Shown here in pieces: positions 42,683-55,519 of a DNA stretch of 64,000 bases. A model generated the notes under the pieces. The model had not been told where the DNA came from. It made no database searches and saw only the letters and a program-made list of their open reading frames with translations. The stretch is from the human T2T-CHM13v2.0 reference genome, Homo sapiens. Positions within the stretch are counted from its first letter, which is position 1, and each line of letters opens with the position of its first letter. Made by a program: the position numbers and the translations under genes. The DNA lies in the NCBI RefSeq assembly GCF_009914755.1, contig NC_060926.1. One strand, 5' to 3'.

Positions 42683-42731
42683 GTGTGCGTGTGTGTGCAT
42701 GCGCGCACGAGTGCGCGCATGCACACACACA
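42683..42731. repeat. Mixed TG/CG/CA tract forming a perfect 20-bp inverted repeat
   Basis: GTGTGTGTGCATGCGCGCAC-GA-GTGCGCGCATGCACACACAC (42689-42730). Confidence 0.95.
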
Positions 42732-45356
42732 GTGGATCCTTGAACAAAGCAGGGGGTTTAGGGGCACCAACCCCATGCCGCTGAAAATCTTCCTATGCAT
42801 TTGATTCCCCCAAAACTTTTAATAGCCTACTGTTGTCTTATCAATAATATAAACAGTCAATTAACATATTTTGCATGTTATGTGTATTACATTACTGTAG
42901 TCTTAAAGTAAGCTAGGGAAAAGAAAATGTTAGAAAAGGAAGAGAAAATATATTTGCAGATTCATTAAGTGGAAGTGGATCATCATAAATGTCTTCATCC
43001 TTGTCTTCACGTTGAGTAGGCTGAGGAGGAAGGTGGGGGGATTGGTCTTGCCATCTTGGTGTAGTAGAAGTGGAGGAGGTAGAAGGGGAGGCAGAAGAGG
43101 CAGGGACACTTGGTGTAACTTTATGGAAATAACACAAGCAGTCTTGAATAATTGGAACCCTTGGAACAAATTCAATTTGTTTTCTGGTACTGCTTTTACA
43201 TCCTCTTCCGCATCATTTGTCATCTTTTTGGAGACACTCATTTTCATCAAGTCGTCTTCCGTTAATTCTTCTGATGTGGTGTCTGATAGCTCTTGAATTT
43301 CTCCAAGATCCGTATCATGAAAACCTTCACCCCTCTACCTTTTTGCCATATCCACAACCTCTTTCATAATTTCCTTCATTGGCTCTGTCATAAATTCTGT
43401 GAAGTCCTGTGTAACATCTGGACATCATTTTCTTCAGCAGGAATGTATTGTTTCAGGCTCGATGGCTTTCACAGCTTTTTCTGTAACAATGATGGCATCT
43501 TCAGTGGTGTAGTCCTCCCAGATTTTCCTGATGTTCTCTCTGTTGGGGATTCTATTCCATAGCATCAACAAATCTTTCCATAGAGTTTTGTGTAGTAATG
43601 AGCGTTACAAGTCCTTATGACCCCTTGATCTAGAGGCTGAATTAGGGATGTTGTGTTTAGGGGCCAGTAGACCATGTCAGTGCCTTCAGTGTTGAACTCA
43701 TGGGGTTCTGGGTGGGGGCATTATCCAATACCAAAAGAACTTTAAAACGCAGCCTCTTACTGGCAAGGTACTTTGAGACTTCAGGAACCAAAACATCAGT
43801 AGAACCAATTCAGAAAACCGGTTGTCATTGTCCAGGCCTTCTTTTTGTACAACCAGAAGACTGGCAGCTGGTATTTATTTTTTCCCTTCAAGGCTCAAAG
43901 GTTAGCAGCCTTATGAATAAGGGCAGTCCTGATTATAAACCCAGCTGCATTTGCACAGAACAGTAGAGTTAGCCTATCCCTTTATGCCTTAAGTCCTGGT
44001 GCTCACCTCTCTTTCTCTTACTGGGCTTTTGTGAACAGGGCACTTTCGTCTGCATTAAAAACTTGTTGAGGCAAGATACACTTTTCCTTCATTGATTTTC
44101 TTAATGGTGCCTGGGAACTCATCTGCTGCCTCTTGGTCAGCAAAAGCTGCTTCTCCCAATTCCTTGACATTTTTTAAGCCAAACCTCTTTCCGAAATTAT
44201 CAGACTGGGAGCTCTGTGAACCTTTCCTGGTTCTGAGGGCTACCCAATTAAAAATTAATAGTCATGCCATCCTTTGCTGGTGTTACATTCTCCAGCCTTA
44301 GATCCTTCACCTTCCTATGCCTTTAAATTGTCATATGATGACTTCATTTTTTCTCAAATCATATTAGTCCTTAGGTATGCCTCTCTTATGGCAATCCTGC
44401 ACTCACATAAAAGATGCATTTTTAATTAATTCATTATTTATTTATTTATTTTGTAGAGACGGGTTTTTGCCATGTTGTCCAGGCTGGTCTCAAACTCCTG
44501 GGCACAAGCAGTCTGCCCGCCTCAGCCTCCCAAAGTGCTGGGATTACAGGCATGAGCTGCTGCACCCAGCCAAACGCTGCATTTTCAATATGAGATAAAA
44601 AGATATTTCACAAAAAAGTGCAAGGTCTTTGCATCTGCTGGTGTAGCTTCAGGGATGGCTTCACAAATTTCCTTTTCTTTTTTTAGTCTTCAAATGGTGG
44701 GCCACCACAACTGTAGACCTCAATCTACAATACATAGCAAGCAGTTCATCCTTTTCTTGTAATGTCATGACTTCTCTCTGCTTCTTGGGAGTACTTCCAG
44801 CATCACTAGTGGCACTTTGGGTCTCATGATATTAGTCAAGGTTTACAGTATTGCACTAGACACTGTGAAAAATACACAAGAACTGTGAGAGATGGCTTTT
44901 TACTGTGATACCCAATTTACTAGAGAGACCACGTGGAGATGATTAGCATCATAGGCATTTTAAGTAGGCACTCAACAATACTTGAGCTCATCACAGTAGG
45001 AGTTAGAGATGGCTCTGAAATTACTATAGTAGTACAGTACATACCAAGATTTAATACTGCTCAAATGGTGCCATTACAATCTGTGTTTGTGTGTATGAGT
45101 TTTGATAATTTTTAATTTTATGACAGATTTGTATATATTTTGCGGTAGTAAATTATAAAATAGACTAACATCTATATATATTTTATGCATTCATGACATA
45201 CCTTTTTCTTAATTTTTCTGGTATTTCTAGGCTAGGCCATTCATCTGAATCTTTTCAAATTGTCACCAATCTCTAAAAAGTTTTCCAGTTTATTTATTGA
45301 AAAATATCCATGTATAAGTGCATTTGAATAGTTCAGGCCCAACTAAAGGTCAACTG
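42730..45356 (-). mobile_element. Near-full-length Tigger2 (pogo/TcMar) DNA transposon fossil with a disrupted transposase
   Basis: Termini CAGTGGATCCTTGAAC... and ...AAGGTCAACTG; minus-strand motifs QQVFNADESALF (44033-44068), KVLLVLDNAP (43708-43743), NTTSLIQPLDQGVIR (43613-43657); frameshifted. Confidence 0.9.
44434..44571 (-). mobile_element. FLAM / Alu left monomer inserted in Tigger2
   Basis: (TTTA)n tail, TGTAGAGACGGG...CTCCTGGGCACAAGC...CACCCAGCC; degenerate TSD ending TGCATTTT. Confidence 0.88.
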
Positions 45357-45752
45357 TGTATATTTACTATATTTTTATAGTAGATGTGTGTGTGCTTTTA
45401 CAGGAGACGTATATATACTTCTATAATAGTATATTTTATAGTAGATGTATATATACACATATGCATTATCTACTCTCTCTCTATATATATATTTTTTGTT
45501 TGTTTGTTTTATTTAAAATGTTCACCTTCCAAGGGCCTCTTTTACGTTTTGATAAAACTGGGTAGAGGGAAGAAACATTTGGGGTATTTAAATTGCACTA
45601 CACTCATTTTTTTCCCTTTTCCCCTTCTTTTCAGTAAGTTATACTTCTTTACTTAACCTTCACCCCATCCCTCCACACACAACCACCACTTGGAAATTCT
45701 TCTGATTTGATGGTTGTGTTCCCTGTTTTCATTTTGAGCCAAGCTTAAGGGT

Positions 45753-45768
45753 TGCCAGCAGGTGGCAA
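45753..45768 (+). promoter_or_regulatory. Candidate CTCF core motif
   Basis: TGCCAGCAGGTGGCAA matches the CTCF core CCASYAGRKGGCR; motif only, no binding data. Confidence 0.4.
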
Positions 45769-46167
45769 ACCTAATTTTACATTCCAAGTAATCAGAAAAT
45801 CCTCACAGGTGTTTTGTCATGCACCTGCAAAAAAAAAAAATTGTATGGATGGCAGCAGTAGCGCTGAAATTCTCCATGAAAATTGGATTCTCTCTTCCCT
45901 GAACTTAAACAAATGCTCATTTGTAAACTATATAGCTCCACAACTATTCTCTAAAGAGGAATCAGTTATCATCCCCTTAAGTAAACTTTTTTTCTGTGGC
46001 CGTTAGGTAAATACCGTCCTTGGACTTAATGAGTACATGTGTTTGTTAATGTTCTGCTCTGAGCGGGAGAGCATTGCATGAATGGGCACATGTGACTAGG
46101 CAGTAACTCGGGGTTCATCTCTACTCTGTTGGGTGATGTGTCTCTACCTCTGCTCTCCTGTTTCTAG

Positions 46168-46341
46168 CCTAAACCCACCAAGGGACGAATGCGCATCCAC
46201 TGCTTAGAGAATGTGGACAAGGCCCTTCAGTTCCTGAAGGAGCAGAGAGTCCATCTTGAGAACATGGGGTCCCATGACATCGTGGATGGAAACCACCGGC
46301 TGACCCTTGGCCTCATCTGGACCATCATCCTGCGCTTCCAG
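46168..46341 (+). CDS. SPTBN1: SPTBN1 coding exon (exon 4), C-terminal half of CH1
   Basis: ctcctgtttctag|CCT AAA ... TTC CAG|gtaagg; [58 protein letters not shown]; 174 nt, phase 0-0. Confidence 0.98.
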
Positions 46342-48384
46342 GTAAGGGTCTCTGCCCAGGGTTGCTCAGAACTTAGGCCGACCTCTCAGGTATGAGCATT
46401 GTTATAGAGCTGGCCTCCCTGTATCAGAGGGATCGGGAAGACCAGGTTGAAAGCATGTCTCAGAGTCATGTGTGTCATATCCAGCCCTCAGAATTGAATG
46501 CTGCCTCGTAGGCACGTGGAAGCTACTACATCCTCCTGCAATTGTACTAGCCCTGGTAATCTTAGCTTTCCTGTCAGACACATCTCAGCGGCCCAGGGGC
46601 TTCTAGGCTGCATCCCAGCCCGCCACTTTGCTGGCACCTGCTCTAAACATCTGGTCTCTGCTGCTTGGCTCTCAGGAGCAAAGGTATAAGGACGTGGCCA
46701 ATGCTAGGTTATTAGCTTAGACTGCCTCAACTTCACTCAACTATGACATGTGTTACAGAACATTTTTTGGCAAAGCTGTTGAGGGTTATGGCATGTGTGT
46801 GGGCTCCATTTTCACCTTCTCATTCTCTTTGGATGTGAGGAAGCAGTTTGCAGGAGGAAAGTACAAAACTCTTGTGTTTCTTTGAATTGATGATGCTTTA
46901 TGGGTTTTGTTATACTTGAGGAGGAAGGCTCTAAGTATAGAAGTATTTTAAGCCGGAAGGTACTCTCAAGGTCATTTTGTCCACTTCTTTCACTTTATGA
47001 AGAAATCGGGGACCCACAGAAATTTGAAACCTTGCCTCTGATGACACAGCCAGCCAGGGCTATAGTGGGTGCCTCTGACCCCTTAAGAGAGAGCGCTCAG
47101 CCTTTTGGGACTGTGCACCACCACGAGCCTGATTATTGGTTCTTTCTCCAGGCTCATGCTTCGTACTCATGCGTTCCAATTAAAATTGGAAAGGCAGGAA
47201 CAACTTTGTACCATAGTGTCAGGTTTCTCTGCGAACAAATATTCTAACAGTCCTGTCTCCTCAGTGACTGTGTTCTCTTGCCATTCCTTCCTGTTCTGCC
47301 CCTTTAATAAAGATCTGTTTTGATTTTTCTGGGTAAACAAAAACCTCACACAAAAAGGAAAAACGAAAAATCAAATTATAACTTGCTTTGTTTTCTTATT
47401 GAAACTCTGAAATCAGCCTGTCAACAGTCCCTTTTCCTTCTCACTTGCCCTACGATTGGGCTTCAGTTAGTGTCGTGATTATATATGTGGGAAGAAGGGG
47501 TAGGGGACTAGAATGAGTTACAGGAAGAAATATCTTCCTGCCTGGCTGGTTCCCAAGCTGGCTGATCATCTGATGCCTTTGGGAAACCCTTTTAATAATT
47601 CAGGTTCCCAGGGCCCAGCCCTAGTAGTTCTGATTAAGTAGGTCTGAAGAGAGAACCACTGTTGAAGATGGTACAACATCATTAAAGGAGTTAATTACAG
47701 CAATCAAGGACATTTTTCCCCAGATAGAACTCTTACATTTCTGTTATTTAGTTCCTGAATGATTTGAAAATGGAGTAGCCATTGAATCCACTAATTACTG
47801 CTCTTGTGTCTTATGGCAACAGAGGTGAAATTATTAGCAGTACACTCCTCTAGCTTCACCCCAGTTTTATGGAGTAAAATGTTGTATTTCTGTTAGCTTT
47901 GGCCTGCAATAATCAGAGCGTGGAAGGCCATCCTGACTGTGGGCTATCTTGACAGCGGGTCAGCACCCAGGTCAGGGAGCTGGCACACACAGCCCTTTTC
48001 AGGATTCTCAGCGTGAATTGCTTTGAGTCATTGACTAATTCGCTTCCTGCCAGTTTGCATATTCCTATAATTCAACTTGTAAATGCTGATGTGTATTTTC
48101 TCCCTTTCTGTTGAGGTGAGAGGCATAGGCTGCTGATGTTACCGCGTGGCCTGCAGTGTTGTTGTCTTAAATGACTCAGCTTTCTCCAGCAGCTTTATTA
48201 AAACATTACCTATTCTACAAAAATAATATGATTATGAATCAGCCAAGGCCCAGCTGTAGATATCCAGCATATCTATAAGGATACTCCACATATCCTTGTA
48301 GATACATAGGGTCAAGCTTCCCTGTGTACCTACAACGGTCTCTCCTTCCACCAGCTCCTGAATATACGGTTTTACAAGTTCCCA

Positions 48385-48418
48385 GTGTGTGTGTATGTGT
48401 GTGTGTGCGTGCGTGTGC
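48385..48418. repeat. Imperfect (TG)n/(CGTG)n microsatellite
   Basis: GTGTGTGTGTATGTGTGTGTGTGCGTGCGTGTGC. Confidence 0.85.
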
Positions 48419-48526
48419 TCTCATTGCTACCAGGATATGGCCTACCCTATATGTGCATAGAAGTGTCCATTAAATACTGATGATGACACAGATTTTATGA
48501 TGCTGCCCCTTTAAAAGAGAGTATAA

Positions 48527-48850
<324 letters not shown>

Positions 48851-49489
48851 CTAAGTTTGCCTAGTTTAAATAGGGAGCTGTCTTCATTTCAGAAGGGTAG
48901 GCTTTGTTTCCATATGGGCAAATCTGGAAACAGATACCCTTCACACAGAAGTATAAGAAAGCCAATGGGTTAATGTGTGTAAAGTTGCAGCCTGACTTTC
49001 CTGGTGAGCCTGTCTCTCACCCCTTGAGTGAGGGTTGTTCTTCCACATTCCCTTTCTGCACTTGAGCTAATGATCCTAATATTAGAGACTGGGGTTTATA
49101 CAGACTCAGGCTTCACCTTCTTAACACAATTAAAAATAGAGAATTTTTTTTTAATGTAGTTGTTTCAATTCCCAGGTGTTTTTCCTAGTTGAAAGTTTCT
49201 AACTTTTTAATCCTGTATTTATATATTTTGTCTTCATTTTCTCTGTTTTTCAAAAAGAATTCTGGGAAGTGTTTGTAGATTGAATGGAGTGAAGGTAGTG
49301 GGGAGCATGACAGAGCAGCGAAGCTTAAAATGGCTACAGCTGGAGGCAATGGATGGACTCCTGGCCAGCACCATCCACTCCTGACTCCATTCCACATTTT
49401 ACTCTACAAGAGGAAACTTTCATATAATAGACAAAAGTGTATTTGGAGCATTTGTCTAAAATTACGTAGCTGGCAGTTGGCGCCTAATC

Positions 49490-49690
49490 TAAAAACTAAC
49501 ATTCACAGACCCTTATTACGAGCTCTGCACTTTATTATATCATTTAAGTGCATAACAGTGCTGTGAGATTAGCCACTGTCATTATTTCCATTCCTCAGAT
49601 GGGGAAGCTGGGGAACCTGCCCAAGGGTACATGGTAGGTGATGGAGCCTGGATTCACATCCAGGCAGTCTGACTTTGGTGCCAGCCGACC
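49490..49690 (-). mobile_element. MIR
   Basis: ATTATTTCCATTCCTCAGATGGGGAAGCTG...GCCCAAGGG...GGAGCCTGGATTCACATCCAGGCAGTCTGACT. Confidence 0.7.
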
Positions 49691-50213
49691 AGGCTTTGTG
49701 TATAATGTTGCAAATATGCTGCCTCTGAGCGGCTTATGAAGGCACACCATGGAAGCACAGCGTTTAAGCCCACACTTGCTCTAATAGTTTGGAAATGGTG
49801 CACACAGTGCCCTCATCAATGAAGGTTGCACGTGGTGTGAAAAATGTTTACTTACAAAAAAACCGAACTCAGTATTTTTCTGGGGGTCTGGTGAGATTCC
49901 AGATGCACTGTATGAACCCCTGTGCTAGATTCTCACTGGAAAGATGGGTTGTCTCAGGGGTAAAAATGACCTCTGATAGGTGCTGGGAAGTCCCGTCAGC
50001 CTTCTGTCTGTGTGACATAGAAAATGTAGTTTTCGTTGTGTTTCTGAAGTGAGCCCAGACTTCAGGAAGCAGTTTTCATTGACAGGGTAGATCGTCTGCA
50101 GGGCAAGGCTATGATCTACAGTTTATTCTTTATGTATATGCAGACCTGTTCTTCAGTGGTTCTTTTAGGCAGCTGACCCATCTATTTGTCTAATATTTCT
50201 TTGTAAATCTTAG

Positions 50214-50305
50214 ATCCAGGATATCAGTGTGGAAACTGAAGACAACAAAGAGAAGAAATCTGCCAAGGATGCATTGCTGTTGTGGTGCCAGATGAAGACA
50301 GCTGG
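50214..50305 (+). CDS. SPTBN1: SPTBN1 coding exon (exon 5), CH1-CH2 linker and start of CH2
   Basis: tcttag|ATC CAG GAT ... GCT GG|gtgagt; [31 protein letters not shown]; 92 nt; not in the ORF track. Confidence 0.97.
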
Positions 50306-51614
50306 GTGAGTGTGAATGAAGAGGGTATTGGGGCTGCTTCTTCCAGGACTGAATTCCACTGCAGTCATCACTTAGAAGGTGTTGACAGGTATCTTTTCCA
50401 CTGCTTCCATTGGGAAGTCTTGTTAACTCGCAAGCAGTTGATATGACTTTTCAATTAGCTCTCAGAATGAAAGGAGCTCTAATTTATATTTTAGACCTGT
50501 CATGTCTTCATAATCAGTTTCCTTCTCTTTATTAAGGAAGCTCCAGAGAGCATTATATTTTGAATTTGAAAACCCTGGAAGCATGCTTAGGAATCATATC
50601 CATGATATTTTAAGAATACAGTTGTAGGTTTTCTTCACCCTTTAATTTCTGTTTTGGGGAGCTTTCTTTGCACAGTAAACAACAGCATAACCTTTTAATA
50701 TTATCTGTGTCAGTTTCCCTTTTATTTTTTCATTGAAATTTCAGTGAAGTTGTTTTTAGAGAACCACATCTTTTTTGTTGCTTACTATTGTTAGGACTCA
50801 ACTGATGCTAAGCCTTCGAGTTCTTAGCAAATTGGTTTAAGGTCATAGGTACTTACTGAGACCCAATTTTAGGTTAATTAGATTTACTGTCAGAACTACT
50901 TTAGGTGTAGATGTAACTCTAATGAACATTAATTCAGAATATGAAAATCAGAACTCCATCCATTCTGAGAGCTAGCTGAAAAGTCATCATGTCTATAAAG
51001 AGCTTATGGCCTAATAAAAGGGTCAAGTCAGGTATGAACCTTTAATCAGCTACTGATATAAAGTTATTAATAGTCAATATGGTATAGAATAGCTGATTCA
51101 TTATGGGTAAGTTTCACACATAAATTTTTCAGGGAGGTACTACTTTTACAAACTTCATCCAATTAAGTGGCGTATGGAAGAAAGAAAGCTGAGTGTCACT
51201 TGAACAGATAGTCCCACCACTTCTTGTCCCAAAGTAACGTGTGACAAGGGACTGCAGGTCCTGGTGTCTTTGTAGGTAGAGTAGAAAGCCAATGGAAGCA
51301 GAGGCCTCAGAGGTGTCTAGGTTGTCGTCACTTTTTCCTAAGTAAGAGTAGTGTTTTAAATCTACGACACAGTTCACATCTTTTGTGAGACTGAATTACC
51401 AAGCAAGAAAAGCCACATGGATGCATGTTTTATTTTTATTTTATGGCAGGCTCGAGTTGACGGATTATTTGTTCTGACTTGATTGTCCTTAGTGATATTC
51501 ACTGCTTTAGGTTTTACAATGCTTACAGACTTTTTATTAACAAAGCACTTGGCAAAAGTATAAACCTCCATGTGGTAATTGTGTTGCTTTTCCCTTCTGC
51601 TTTGTCCTTGGCAG

Positions 51615-51695
51615 GTACCCCAATGTCAACATTCACAATTTCACCACTAGCTGGAGGGACGGCATGGCCTTCAATGCACTGATACACAAACACCG
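51615..51695 (+). CDS. SPTBN1: SPTBN1 coding exon (exon 6), CH2
   Basis: ccttggcag|G TAC CCC ... CAC CG|gtaagt; [27 protein letters not shown]; 81 nt, phase 2-2. Confidence 0.97.
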
Positions 51696-52084
51696 GTAAG
51701 TCCATACAAATCATCCTAGCAATCGTGGGGTAAAAGGTTGCTGTCCTTCCATAGCAGATTTGGGTGACTTTTCCATATCCGTTGGCTTAACTGTCTCACC
51801 GTGGTGGAAATTTCTGCATTCCATGTGAGGAAAATATGGGAGAATATATAAATTCTTCCAAACAGAATAAACAGGTTCTCCCTTAATCTTTTTTTTCTTA
51901 ATTAACTTTGAAGTGTTTATTCAAAAATCAGGTTTCATTGTTTGATGATTCCATGATAGTATATTTTAGAGTTTTACTCCACTAATTGGTGATTTTAACC
52001 TTTTTGGAGTAACAGTCATGTTTCATTAGTCATATTTCTTTTCAAGCCATGATTTTTGTTGTGTCCCACTGTTGTTCTGCACAG

Positions 52085-52200
52085 GCCTGACCTGATAGAT
52101 TTTGACAAACTAAAGAAATCTAACGCACACTACAACCTGCAGAATGCATTTAATCTGGCAGAACAGCACCTCGGCCTCACTAAACTGTTGGACCCCGAAG
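52085..52200 (+). CDS. SPTBN1: SPTBN1 coding exon (exon 7), CH2
   Basis: ctgcacag|G CCT GAC ... GAA G|gtaggg; [38 protein letters not shown]; 116 nt. Confidence 0.97.
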
Positions 52201-52289
52201 GTAGGGACTCAAGGGATTACAGGTGGGATTTTTAGCATCTGTACCATCCAGGTGTTAATGTAAAATCTGTTTTGTGTCAGTCTGTTTCA

Positions 52290-52800
52290 TTTGGGAGTTA
52301 TCAAAGGAAGAGCTTAATTTTGGTTATGGGAATTTTTTGAGGATTTATGGAAAGGATGACACTCAAAAAGGCCTTGAAAGATGAATACGATTTAAACAGA
52401 GTCTGAAGGAGAGCGTGTGCGGGCAGAGCTACTAGCATGTGCAAAGGTGCAGAACCAGGAAAGAAGAAGGTATGCTTGAGGGCTAACAATTCAATGGGAA
52501 TGGTGTTTAGGGTAATAGCAGGGAATACCACTATTCCCTTCTGTTAGTGGATGGGATCCCCATAGGGGCAACAGGCAACAGGGAGTCATTGAAGGTTCTT
52601 AGCAGCTGTGCTCGAAGTAGAAAAGTAGAAAACCTGGCATAGGCTGTTAATGAATACTTGTTGGCTGACATTTATCTGAAGGTGGCAAGCAGGTTGGATG
52701 GGGATGGGTGGAGATTGCAGGCAGGGGCCTTGTTAGGAGGCTGTGCTTTGCTTATGAGCAAGTAAGAGTTTAAATGAGGAAGGCACCTTTGGGAAAGGGG
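52290..52800. mobile_element. L2-like fragments
   Basis: Purine-rich degenerate sequence with AGCATGTGCAAAGG and GGGAGTCATTGAAGGTT motifs typical of L2; boundaries approximate. Confidence 0.45.
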
Positions 52801-54509
52801 AGTGTAGGGGTGGAAGGAGCAGCAGTCATAGTCCTTTCTTACAGCTGCATCCCATTATCTGCACGGAACTAATCCCTCTTTACTCTGTGAGTCCCTGTGT
52901 AACTTGGAGCTGACCTGTTTGGAGCAGTTCCCCAGGTTGTAGTTCCCTTGCTTAATAAAATCCTAATTCTGGGTTTCATTTCAACATGAGCTCTCATAGG
53001 AACTTTTTCTAATTTTGAGAAGCATTTAAAATATCTGGATTTGTTTGAAGTGCTGGAGATATATAGATCCTCTCAGCTGTGAACAAATATTAGAGAGGAA
53101 AAAAACTGTGTGTATGTGAGTGAAAGTTTAAAGTTCTTTTAAATATAGAACAGGAAGTTTAACTCCCCAAAGGCAGATCAAGGTCATGAGGCTGCCAGGC
53201 AGGCTTCTTGCTATTTTCCAATGCATCAGATTCACTGATATGTTGGCTACAGGAAGCTGAGATAAAATTATCTTTGTACTAACCCATTAAATGGTTTCTC
53301 AATATAAACAGAAAACTAAAATTCCTTGGGCTTCGATAAATCTTCATGCTTAACCCCTATCTTACTATGGGAAGGAATTTTTCCTTAGCCCTAGTTCTTT
53401 GTGCTTTGATAAAGAACCTTTTTTTCCCTATCGCAGTGACAACATTTTTTAATAACTTGCTCATTAGTTAATCTTTCAATCACCGCCCAGTATGAAAAGG
53501 GGGATTGATGTTCCCCAGATCACAAGACGAGGAGCTAAAAATGGCAGCTGATTTCACTTTTATCCTGTGGGTTTGATCTTGATTATTAGTTGTCCAGGGC
53601 TCCAAAGAACATCAGTTAAAATCTACTTGTAGACAAGTTAAATAAAAAGTTTTACCTTCTCACTTCTTTGAGTTTTGTTGACATTTTGTGTTGATTAAAT
53701 TGTATACCTACACTGGCATTTTTTCTGGCTGTCCTCCAGTTCACTCTCCTTTGTGCACACTTTGACGGGCTGAGCGGACACAGGAGCCCTGGGGTAGGGA
53801 ACAGTAGCTGTGATTCTGGCCCTCACAACCACGGGCTGCCTTAGTGACCCTGGGCAGGGAGCATGCCAGCAGTGTGTCCTGATGTTCTCTTGTTTAAATT
53901 AAGAGAAACAATTTTGCTCCATACAAGGCTGTCAGGGGCGGCGATAGGAATGGGGGTGTATGTATGAATGTATATTGAAAAAGAGCCTGATAATATCTGT
54001 TAAGAGCTGTCCTTTGTGTTCTCTTCACAACCTATCCCAAGTTGAGTGCTTACTCAATATTGCCGAACTTCAAAGACTTGCCATTTTAAGTTGTTTGTTC
54101 CTTCTCTCAGTACCTATTTATTGACCACCTGCTTTGCGCAGGACAGCACAGCGGGAATGTGGTAGGTGGAGTGGCATAGGGGCTTGCCCGGACAGGCTTC
54201 TGCCCTTGGGGACTGAATTTTGTAAGGCAAACAAAACATGCATAAAAAATCATAACCTGGCAAAAAGTGGACTATGTGTCCATACAAAGCCCCAAGGGAA
54301 TAGAGGAGGGAGACAATAATGTCAGCTGTGGGGATCATAAATGGTTGTATTGGGTGGTAACTTTTGAAATGGACCTTGATGGATAGTAAGAAAGTTATGG
54401 GGTCATGAAGGCCATTTCAGACAAAGGGAAGTCATAAGTTAAGGAAGGCGTATTGGAAATTATGTGTGTATAGGGAATGGTGAGGTCAAGTTTGATTCAG
54501 AGATACAGT

Positions 54510-54661
54510 GCTAGGTACAGTGGCTCTCATCTGCAATTTCACCTCCTTAGGAGGCTGAGGTGAGAGGATTGCTTGAGCCCAGGAGTTTGAGGCTGCAGTG
54601 AGCTATAATCATGTCACGGCATTCTAGCCTGGGTGACAGAGTGAGACCCTGTCTCAAAAAA
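54510..54661 (+). mobile_element. FRAM/FAM Alu monomer, sense, within L2-like sequence
   Basis: GGAGGCTGAGGTGAGAGGATTGCTTGAGCCCAGGAGTTTGAGGCTGCAGTGAGCTAT...GACCCTGTCTCAAAAA; TSD ATACAGTG. Confidence 0.87.
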
Positions 54662-55406
54662 TTTAGTAAGGAATACAGTGTTTGAGAGGTAGTAGGCTAT
54701 AGAATTTAGAAATGTCTAGACCAATGCTTGACACTTAAAAGAAGCCTGGTGAATATTTGACAAATTGATGGAAAAAAGGGAAGGAAAGTTATAGCCAGAT
54801 TCTGGAGGACTGAAGCGCTTATAGTTTATTCTTCAGACTGAGTAATTTTGAGCTAGGAGAAACTGTGTTCACAGCTGTGCTTCTGAAAGATCAGTCTGGG
54901 TGCACTATGTGAAGGAAATCGGGAAAGCTGGTGGAGGGAGCCATTGTTTCAGGGCTGGTTATGTGACAGGATGGGTCTGAAACATGAGTGACAATAAGGA
55001 TTCCATAAATAAGGGTCATCCCAACTTAGACTCAGTGACTAGCTGCTGGATACTGGTAACAAAGAGATAAAGATATCCAAAGACTGATTGACAGGGGGCG
55101 GTGCTGGTCCTGTAGGCAGCAATGAGGACTCAAGCAGAGCTAACCCAGTATGGTAGTAGGGCAAGGAGAGGAGGAACTATGTGTCTGTGGAAGGCGTTTC
55201 ATGAATATTCACATAATGGGGAATCAGTGAGATGGTTTAACCCTCATTATCCTTGTAATTAATGCACGGATGGCAGAACACTCAGGTACAAACATGAAGA
55301 CGCTGAACTGTTCCATGTTGACCAGCAGTCGTTGCATTTGTTCCTGCTACCTGGGTGGGGCACAGTAGCATGCAACACACTGAACAGAGTCTTCTCTGGG
55401 TTACAG

Positions 55407-55519
55407 ACATCAGCGTGGACCATCCTGATGAGAAGTCCATAATCACTTATGTGGTGACTTATTACCACTACTTCTCTAAGATGAAGGCCTTAGCTGTTGA
55501 AGGAAAACGAATTGGAAAG
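55407..55519 (+). CDS. SPTBN1: SPTBN1 coding exon (exon 8), end of CH2 and neck
   Basis: ttacag|AC ATC AGC ... GGA AAG|gtgagc; [38 protein letters not shown]; 113 nt. Confidence 0.97.

Noticed and set aside
42930-44301. ORFs inside Tigger2 as a possible domesticated TIGD-like gene
   Set aside because: Frameshifts between catalytic motifs, no long ORF, and a FLAM insertion
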